Below, one piece after another: positions 38,137 to 47,942 of a DNA stretch of 64,000 nucleotides (positions are counted from its first letter, which is position 1; the number at the start of each line of letters is the position of its first letter). The stretch is from the human T2T-CHM13v2.0 reference genome, Homo sapiens, in assembly GCF_009914755.1 (NCBI RefSeq), contig NC_060926.1; one strand, given 5' to 3'. The position numbers and the translations under genes were made by a program. The notes beneath the pieces were generated by a model. The model saw only the letters and a program-made list of their open reading frames with translations. It was not told where the DNA came from and made no database searches.

Positions 38137-39819
38137 AGAAATTCTTGCCCACTCAGGGGTTAAATATTTACTACATTTTCACATATTTTTTTTTAATATT
38201 TAGTTTTTAAAATCTATGCTTCTAAGGGCACCTTGACAGCCAATTTCCCCAACAGTGAGTGAGCTCTACCTTGCTCAATTGTTTGTGGTGGTTTCTTGGT
38301 CATTCACTAATGTTATACATTGTAGGGTGTCTATAAAACCTAGTGTTTGAAGTATATTCTTCTTTCCCCTCAGAAATTTATTAGTGAGTGACAATCTTGC
38401 TTTGGATACAGGCTACATCTTTATGCTCATCTATTAGGGACTAGCATAGATATATTCAAAATACTTAATTTCATGTATTGATAGGAATAAATAAAATAAC
38501 AATACTTACTGTAACTCCAACATATGCTCCGGAACCATAACAAAAAATATCTTCCAAAAGGTAACCAACTATTTAAGTGTCAAAACATATTATGATTTTT
38601 TTTGGTCAGTTTCAAGTTTAAACATTTTTAATATGTTGAATTTTGGGGAAGTAAAAAAAATCGTATTCTTCCAGTGTAAAGTAACCTGCTTTAATATTCA
38701 GTTGCTACCCATTTAGAGAAGAAAATTGCTCTTCAAATAGCATAATGCATTTTTGTGTGTGTGATACTGGCAAAGGTAGGGAGGATTTAAGAAACATTTT
38801 ACACTCTTTGGCAGTGGTGTTGATGGGGAGAAATAGAAAAATAAGAAAGGATTGAACTCGTTACTATTTTTTTTTTCCTTCAGCCAGATAATAAAAGGCA
38901 AAGCCCGATTTCATACAAAATCAATGGGGGTGAGTTATTTTGACAGAAATTTGCCATCCTTCACTGATCATGTGGTACTCCGGATAATAAATATTTTAAG
39001 TCAGTACATTACTGGTAATTTATTAGGTCATATGAAATAATAAAAACAATACAAAAGTCTGGAGATGAAAAAGTCTGGTGAAACAGAAGGTCTATGTAAA
39101 TGTTCAATATTTTCTAGAGTTTTACTATTAATATTATATATTATTGGAAGAAAAGGAGATGTTTACTAAGTAGAGATGTGCATTTTTATTTCTTTTTAAA
39201 TTGTCTCTCTCATTATTTTCCTACTAGGCTTATGCTTTTTCTCCTCTAAAAGAAGAAACTCAGAAATGCCTTTTTTTGTTTTAAGTCTGGTTTGTAGTTT
39301 TATTTCAATTTCATTTCTATTTCCTTCCAAAGCTAGGCAATACATTCACATCTCTAAGTTCAGATGTTGTTCATGAGGATCAATGCAAAAATTACTTTCT
39401 AGGCTGAATGCAGAAATACTTGGGTCTATGAAACTCATTCTCAATAAATTCAAGTTATTATTTTCAAAAAAATCCTAGTGGGTCACCAACTATTGAAGCC
39501 AGTGTTGGAGGAACACGACAGCTTACAGGATGCTTGGAATATAAGAGTAGCATGTACTCTGACCTTGGGGAGCCATAGGGGTCTTCAGACAGATCAAGAA
39601 GCATCACAAGGAACGGGTCTTTGAAACTAATATATTTCCACAACATTTTGAGGGTGATGATGATTTAGATAATTCCCCTGCCAGGTAGAGAATGAGTGAC
39701 GCCATTGCAGTGGCTTTGTGGAGAGGTTGGGTCATGATCCTCACGTTGAGGAGTAAGTTGGGCGCTAGGTGCTCCTGAGAAAGCAGCTGTTCCATGTGGT
39801 TGAAGCAGAGAGGCAGGGT

Positions 39820-40095
39820 GGAGGCAAGGTAAAGAGCAGGACTGTAGACTCAGGTTGTCAGAGGCCCATCCTGGCTCTGCCACTCAGCTTGAAATTGTGG
39901 AAATCACTTTACCTCTCTCTATTTTAGTTTCTCATTTGTGAAGTGGGTAATAGCACCCATAAGCATTGTTCTGAGGATTAAATGAGCTCATCGTGTAATG
40001 CACACATGCATTACATGTATGTAATGTGGATGTATGTAACAGGACATGTGTATGTAGTAGGCACAGTGACTGAGCAGACTAAGACCTTGATATAA
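39820..40095 (+). mobile_element. MIR
   Basis: CCTGGCTCTGCCACT...ACCTCTCT...TTTCTCATTTGTGAAGTGGG...GAGGATTAAATGAG. Confidence 0.75.
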
Positions 40096-41399
40096 ATGTT
40101 GTGAAATAAATAAAATAAACTTCTTGGGAAAGTTATGAGGGCAGGAAAGGAAGAACCAGGCACATGAGGTCTCCAGAGACCTACAAGGGCCTTAAATGGA
40201 GAATTCTGGGTTAGGAAAAGTAGAAAAAAAAATTAGTCCTTAGAAGACTCTGTTGGCTGCAACCAAAGTTTACATTCACTTGACAGAGTGATATAAAACT
40301 GTGATTATTGGAATGAAGTGACCTCTGTCTGAGTGTGGAGCATGGATGGGAACGACAATGGTAAAGCTGAGGACAGTGAGAGGGAGAGCTGGGGAGGCCA
40401 TTTCTTATTTCTCTCTTTACACCCCCGATTTGCTCATGTGTTTTTAGGACACCTCAGATTCCTTTTGAAAGTAGGAGATAAAATACTTTTTTGTTAAGTA
40501 AAAAAGAAGTCCAGGTAATAAATAAAACAAGGAAATCCTGGGCAAAGGGATCATGGGCTGAAGAGGAGGAACACTGAGGTAATACTAATGCTTAGGCTGT
40601 ACACTGACCAAGTGTTGGAGTGCAGCACACATCTCATCTGCAGGTATTGGGCTCAAGGAAAGGGAGTTATAGACAAATTCACCATAGTGGTAGATGAGCA
40701 GAGACTCTGAATACATCTGTGAAAACATTTTACTTTTCCTTTAAGTAGAGATGTTTTCAAAATAGTGGGTGATATGATGATATGAGATTAGATGGAAACA
40801 GAAAAGAGGAAAGGGGAGTACATGAAGAATTATTTTAATGTTGGGATGGCTTTGTCCACTGCAGCGAACATCCAGAGATGCAGTGACTACCATCTGCCAC
40901 TGAAAAAGAACCATTGATGGAAGTACTATTTTCAATGATAACTCCTGGTAGCAGTAAAAACATGGTTTTAAATTAAATTTGGAATTTTCCTCCTCAATGC
41001 TGCTTCTTCAAAGACAAATGAGCCTCTTACAGTATGTCTAGTTAAATAAAATAATGGATGTGAAAGGCTTTACAAAACATTAATGTGCTATATAAATGGA
41101 ATGTGTTATCATTGTGTACTGTGTACTAAAAAACATGCAGTAAAAAGATATTATTTTTGTAGACTAAATAGTCAAATATGGGCTGCATGACAGCACTGTG
41201 AAGTGAAGTCATAATTGATGAACGACTGTGCCCAGGGAGGGTTGATTTATGTGTGGATGCTAACCTGGAAGAATACTTCTGGTGCAATGTTAAAGGGTGT
41301 TTGTCTTGTTTTCTTTCTTTGCCCTTTTCTCACTTAAAGGTTTTCCAGTCAGTTGATGGCATACTTATCAAATTTAATGATAAGACTAGTATGGGGTAG

Positions 41400-41870
41400 G
41401 AAACTAACATATATCAACTTTAGAAAGTATATTGCTATATGAATAAACCAAGCTCAGATAGGCTAGTAACTTGCCCGAGACCACTCATTTAATAGTAGAT
41501 GGTATTATGTGAGTAACCTAAGACTAGTAACTTGCCCAGTAGAGTGGCAGAGAGCTGGAATTTGAAACTAGGCAACCTGAGTCTAGAGAATGTACATCTA
41601 AACCACTTTGCTTAATTATTGATTCATTTACTTAACAAACAAACCGCTCACACTTACATGAGAGACTGATCTGAGCATTATACAACTGTTACTCACTCCT
41701 TGTAACAACCCTATGGGGTAGATACTATTATTATTTTCATTTCATTATGGCTTAGAAACTGAGGCACAAGGAAGTTAAATACTCTCCCCAAGGTCACGCA
41801 GTTAGTAAGCAGATTGAAACATAGGCAGTCGAGCTGGGGAGTCCATTCCTCTGACCATCATGTTATGCCA
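41400..41870 (-). mobile_element. Two MIR fragments
   Basis: GTAACTTGCCC...GAGCTGGAATTTGAAAC and AACAACCCTATGGGGTAG...GAAACTGAGGCAC...CCAAGGTCAC cores. Confidence 0.7.
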
Positions 41871-43204
41871 CCTCTGCTCTATGCTGTGCTCCTTTCAATA
41901 ATGTGCCCAGCTTCACACAGGTGATCCTGCCCTCTCCTTATACCCTGGGAACCAGGGAGTCTTTGAGGTTTCAAAGGAAGCAGTGAGCATCTATGATTCC
42001 GTTGATGCTCTTTTGACCTACCTTGGAGCATCCATGCCTAAAGACATCTTTTGTGATGCCACCAATTCAATCCTAGACTCTTAAATCCTCATCTTTGGTT
42101 CTTACTGCCAGATAGCATTCCCCCCTGCATAAAATACATCCTTATTCTCATTACATCTCCCCATAAAACTTTCATCAATTTGAAAATTGTAAAATGCATT
42201 CCTTTTTATGCAGACATTTAATCTATGGTTAAATGACAATTGCGCAATATATCCTCCTGCATACCCAAATACCATCCCAACTTGGCACTTTGAAAATAAA
42301 TTGGCATAGGTTTCGAGGAAATAGAATATTCTCAACCATAGACTTTAGAGGATGCTTATCTGTAAAACAAATTACAGGGCACACTTTGGCTTGATCAACA
42401 CATCGTACTTAAGAGAGGTTTCAGATAGAACCACCAGCTTAGCAAATGTGATTTGAATTTGTCTGTGGACAAGACACTATGTTCCTTTCTTATGTGAATG
42501 GATGAAACCAGAGCTTTCAACCTCTCAGCCTTTCAAACTCTCACTTTCAGAAACACTGAAGTTTAACATATAAAGGTGTTGTTTTTGCTTCACACTCAAA
42601 TGTTAGATTTTCTGATTTCTTTTGATTGGCTCCAGGTGATGTTAAGTGCAATGAAGAAAATTATCAAAATCAATCTATCTTCAAAGACTTTCTTTGAAAT
42701 TATAGGATCTGAATCAAAAGGTAAAATAACAGTATTTTTATTCAAAGTTCTCTTCCATGATTTTCATAGCTCTTGCTCTACTAAGGAGCAAGTAAAATTG
42801 GTAAAATAGATTTTTTTTCCCTCTTGAAAGGTGATTGTTAGGGCCTTGATATTTTCCAAAGAAATTCAGTATTTCTTAAGCAATCTGACTCTTGCTTACT
42901 GGATTTTTAAAGGATTTAATTACCAACTTCAACACATCAGCAAAGTGACTTACATTACGTATTAACAGTAAATGTAGTGCATGAATCATAGCCAAAGAAT
43001 GCAGCTAACACTGGGAAACATAATACATAACCAACTATAGTCATTAAAAAGTTGAAGTATTAAAGCCTGTCACCAGAGAACTTCCAAGCACTGGAAGACC
43101 AATGGTCCTGATCAAAAGTCAAATCCAGTAGAAAACTAGCATATTCTAGGAAGCAAAACAAAATCCAGAGTAATCAAAAATATAATGCTGAAGGTAATGG
43201 TTAG

Positions 43205-43372
43205 TCTTGCTACACAAAATGTGATTGGCAGACTGACAACATTGACTTTTACCCACGAGTTTATTAAAAATGCAGAATTTTAGGCCACACCCCAGACCCT
43301 CTGAAGCAGAATCTAATTTTTAGCAGGATCTTCAGGTGATTCATAGGCACATTAAAATTTGGAAAGCACCAT
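43205..43372. mobile_element. MER5A-like hAT-Charlie MITE
   Basis: AAATGCAGAATTTTAGGCCACACCCCAGACCCTCTGAAGCAGAATCT...CAGGTGATTCATAGGCACATTAAAATTTG. Confidence 0.75.
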
Positions 43373-44190
43373 TTTAAAGTATTTTTGTTAATGGTATTAT
43401 GTGAATAATTGTTGTTTTCCAAAAACAGTGTCATACTCAGAGGTAATGGTCATCCTTATTTTACAATGGGGCTATCATCTTATAGTGGGAAAAAATTCTC
43501 ATACTCTATTGCTTAGGAAAGATAATAACTGATATAGAATTATTTTTCCTGAAGGAGGAAAAGCAGTTATAGGGGAAGGAATAGCAGCTCATCACTTTTA
43601 GTAACAACAAATGCCAGCTTGACCTGCATTGTTATTTCACCTTGCACTTCTCATCACATTATGCTGGTGGATTCTTCTCCTTCCTTTCTTATTTTTGAGT
43701 CAGAGAAGGAAACTGACCTAGAGGTTGCTGTAGGCATTTAGAAATATGGTTTTCTTTATCAATTCTATTCGATCTGCTGCAGCAGTTCTTACCTGAGTGA
43801 TTTTAAGAGTTTATCAGTCATGTGACTGTTGAGATACCCAAGCCATCATGCAAGTACCTCTCCCATGACATGATAACTTGTGTTAATAATAAAATGAAGC
43901 TGTGATAGGAGATGTGAAACATATAGAAATCAGAGTGGTACCATGAAGGCGTGAGGGAGAAGATGAGGGAGCCAGGACTAAGTGAGGAGAACTGTATCCC
44001 TAAGTCACCTGGAAGGTTGTGGAGCAAACAGATCATTAGGCAGCACTAGTGATGGGGAGAAAATGGTCATCAGTCACTCCCTGTTCTTTCTTTGCTGCCT
44101 AAAAGCACAGATAATGCCACACATTTTCTTATCTAAGGTCTTGGAGAAGGTTTATGGCAAATTTACCAGGAAAGAAGAAAAGAAGTGGCT

Positions 44191-46514
44191 TTTTTTTTTT
44201 TTTTTTTTAATTAAGGCTTAGCATCAGTCTTTAATGCTGTCATGCAGCATTGACAAGTCACACACTTTGGTCTCATGTTGGCAGTGGCAACTTACAGTAA
44301 GTCTAAAGGTCTGAGCACCAGACTGGCCTCCAGGGAACAGACATTTGTTCCAACTCCCCCTCCCTCCCCAAGATTTCTTCAGAATTCCATTATGGCCCTA
44401 TACAAAGAGCAGTGGCTGCTGGGGACAGGTTTTATTTGAGTGTACATCAACTATACATGGAATTATAAAAACATATTTATAGATGTTCCACAGTGCTCCT
44501 GTAATCAGAAGCAAAGACCCTTTTATGAAAAGGGATTATATCTAGGGCTGTGCAAAATTCAAAAGGATCATATCCCTTTGAAAGAGTCCATAGTCCATGA
44601 AACAAAAAATTACCTGGGCCACTGGTAAGCCCCAGGTGTGCCAAGATTGCCTTACAGAAATGGAAAGAGTGTGACCCACAAAGTGAGGACATTCAGCTTC
44701 ACTAGAGCCAGAGGTCAGGAGGGCCCCTTGATGGGTCCAGGCTCCCAGACTCTCAAGAGAGAGGTGGCTGCACTTGCTGGAGTCACTCACTGGAGGCTGG
44801 CTCCCTTGGTGCTGCTGGAAAAAGGGGTATTGCTTGTGGGCACCAGCCAGGCAGTTCTGCAGGAATAGTTTAGGTTCTCAATTTGAGATGGCCAAAGAGA
44901 AGACAGAATTCTTCAGGGGAAGAGCAAGACATGGGAGACAAATACAGAATAAGCCAAGAACTGATCATACAACAGAAACGGAGGAGCGTACAGGGTCTGG
45001 GAACCAAGACAGAGGGTCGACATTATCTACCAGCCAGAAGCAAAGGGACTCAGAGGGATCAAGTCCAGCTGCTGGTCTGCCTCTTGACCCTGGACGGGGA
45101 CTGCAGGAGGAGGATGTGGGCCCATCCTGGGAGGGCTGCGGACCCAGTGGGGCAGACTGGAATGCTTTTTCCTGCTGTTCCCACTACCTGATGCCCTATT
45201 ACTCCAAAACCACCGAAGTCTAGTGTATGACTTTGAAAGATTGTAATATATGCTCTGGAAAACATTCAGCAGTACAAAAGCCCTCCCTGGGCCCTCCCAC
45301 CCTCTCATGGTCCACAACTGGTAGAAAGATCCAGAAATCCTTGAGCTCTGGATAGGTCCCTGGTCAGTCCTTGGGGAGCTCAGGTAGCTCAGGTAGCTTG
45401 AAAGAATCTGCTCAAGTATGGTTCTTGATGTCTGGGGAATCCTTTCGGGGAAGATCACTTCCAATTCAATAATGAGGTCCCCACGTTTCTCTGGCGTTTT
45501 GGGGAGGGGAAGGCCTTCTCCACGAACTTTTCGTCGCATGCCAGGCCTGATGGCATCTTTGAACACGACGGGAATGGTCCTGCCGTCCAGAGTGGGGACG
45601 TTCACTGTGTGCCACACAGAGCCTCCGGGAGGCTGATCCTGGAAGGATAAATGACATCAGAACCATCTCTCTTAAAGATATTGTGTGGCTTGTCCTTTAA
45701 AACAAAGACGATATCAGCTGGAATGTTGTTGGAGGTCTGGTCTCCTTCTTTGGGGAAGGTGATCTTGGTCCCTTCTTTCCACCCCTTCTTCACTTCGATG
45801 GTCAAGATTTTGTCTTCGTTTCGAATGCTCTTTCCGTCGGGGTTTAGCCGCTTGTGGGAGATTTTCATCTTCTTGGTACATCTTCTTGGTACAACCGCTG
45901 TAGATCTCTTCAAGGGAGACTCGAAGGTCGTGGGTGACTGGGGGATCTTGCTTCTTTCGGGTGGGCTCTTGGGCAGGGCGGGAGCGGCCAAAGTTCATGT
46001 TGGTGAAGCCACCCATTCCCATAGGGAAGCCAGAGAATGGGTCAGCAATGTCCATGACTTCCTCCCCGTTCCGCTGCCCAAAAAAGGCGTCAAACGGATT
46101 TTTGCCACCGAAGAACTCAGCAAACATGGCAAGAGGCTCTCCATGGAATGTGTAGCTGAAAGAGGTAGCATTGGCACCACCGCCGCTACCGCCACTGGGG
46201 CCGCTGCCCTTTAGGGCTTCCTCCCGGTAGCGGTCGAAGATCTCGCGCTTGCGCGGGTCTCTGAGCACCTCATAGGCCTCGGCGATCTCCTTGAACTTCT
46301 CCTCGGCGCCGGGCTCCTTGTTCTTGTCTGGGTGGTAGCGCAGCGCCTGGCGGCGGTAGGCCCGCTTGATCTCCTCGTCTGACGCGCCGCGGGCCAGGCC
46401 CAGCGTCTGGTAGTAGTCTTTGCCCACGGCCCCCGCCTGCAGCCCACTGACCTGCTGTCGCCATCCCCCGGCTCCGCCACCGCCCGGTCCCGGACTCTGT
46501 ATACCCATCCGGCC
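44191..46514 (-). pseudogene. DNAJB1P1: Processed (retrotransposed) pseudogene of DNAJB1 (Hsp40/HDJ1), full length
   Basis: Intronless DNAJB1-like translation split over three ORF segments: J domain with HPD, G/F region, CTD I/II. Start codon is GTG at 46427. A 13-nt duplication (45866-45891) and a 1-nt deletion (~45610) shift the frame, and the native stop is lost near 45396. Also has a ~1.2 kb 3' UTR, ATTAAA (44235-44230), a poly(A) tail seen as the T run 44190-44208, and TSD AGAAGTGGCT (44181-44190) / AGAAGTGCCT (46515-46524). Confidence 0.95.
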
Positions 46515-46939
46515 AGAAGTGCCTGTTATACAAAGAGATCACATTCTTTCTTTAATGGTTAATGACAGTTACAGGAGTAAAGGAGTGCAGTTGGCTTTTT
46601 AACCTTAGTTCTCATTTTAGCTGTGACTGGAGAGAACTGCAGTTTCAAAGTCCTGGGTGAGAGTGTCCACAGTGACAATGTCACTAATGCTATAGTCAAA
46701 TAAGTTGCAACACCATTGCAATCACTTCTTGTCCTGCTTGCAGAGGTTGACATTATAGCTGGGACTTCAGAGGAATCGAAGTTAACTTTGATGGTTGTAC
46801 ATTTTGAATAATATGATTGTCAGGGTCAAACTACCATGCAGCTGTGTAAGCTACACTTTTGTAAATAAAGAAAACGTGGCCAATTCAAACTAAGAATAAG
46901 CACCCTATGAATGCTGTTTTAAACCTTTTCTTGCCCTTA

Positions 46940-47942
46940 GAAGATTCACATTCACAATTCACTTCTCCTTCATGCCACCATCATCTCTTTTCCGCACTGT
47001 TCTTGTCTGTCCTGTTGCTGTGGTCTTCTAACTGGACTCTCAGATTCCATGCTTACCATCTCTTGTCTATCTTTTACACAGCAGTTGTAGTATTCATCTC
47101 AAAATGTAGTTAGGTTATGCCACTTCTCTGCTCCAAAACTTCCAGAGTGTTCTTATCTCATCCAAAGGAAATCCCAAATTCTATCTCTGTCAGACAAGCC
47201 CTGAGAATGTGGCAGGACACCCTCTGCCTGGGCCAACTCTCTGGTATCCATCTCCTGCCTCCTTCACCTTTGCCCAGCCATCTAGCCTTCTCTTTCTCCA
47301 CCCATACTAGACAGGTCTTGCCTCAGGGTCTCTGCTTGGATTATAAGTCTCAAAGATACACACTTAATTTACCCTTCACTTACTTTAGGTGTCTGCTCAA
47401 AAGTTATCTTACCAGCCAGGTGCAGTGGCTCATGCCTGTAATCACAGGACTTTGGGAAGCCAAGGCAGAAGGATGGCTTGAGCCTAGGAACTTGAGACCA
47501 GCTTGGGCAACATAGTGAGACCCTGTCTCTACAAAAAATAGAAAAATAAGCCAGACGTGGTGGCCCGTGCCTGTAGTCCCAGTTACTCGGGTGGCTGAGG
47601 CAGAAGGGAACACCTGAATCTGGGAGGTGGAGGCTGCAGTGAGCCACTATTGTGCCACTGCACTGCACTCCAGCCTGGGCGACAGAGTGAGACCCCATTT
47701 CAAAAAACAAAGTTGCTTTATTGAGGAAATTCCTCTGAACACTTCCTATAACCCCTATGCTCCAATACTTACATAATTTTAAACCATGTAATACACTATA
47801 CTTTTTTTTAATGTTTGTCTTCCCCAGCTAGAATATAACCGTGAGAGTCGACATCTTGTTTTGTTCACTTCTGTCTTCTCAGTGCTCCAGAGTGCCAGAC
47901 ATATATTAAGAGAAGTGCTCAGTTAATATTTGTGAATAGATG
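46940..47942 (+). mobile_element. L2 3' region (split by an AluJ)
   Basis: CACTTCTCTGCTCCAAAACTTCCAG...CTAGAATATAA...TTGTTCACT...AATATTTGTGAATAGATG. Confidence 0.65.
47414..47710 (+). mobile_element. Alu (AluJ-like) inserted in L2
   Basis: Alu dimer consensus with GGATGGCTTGAGCCTAGG and GAGGCTGCAGTGAGC J-type features. Confidence 0.92.

Noticed and set aside
39994-40015. Inverted repeat TGTAATGCA-CACA-TGCATTACA
   Set aside because: Lies in a low-complexity expansion inside a MIR.
41463-41537. Repeated CTAGTAACTTGCCC; similar micro-duplications near 22660 and 27716
   Set aside because: Only two copies each, local duplication mostly within MIRs; not an array.
45651-46214. 187-aa plus-strand ORF and neighbouring ORFs (44774-45223, 45418-45636, 45934-46155)
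   Set aside because: Antisense shadows of the GC-rich DNAJB1 retrocopy.
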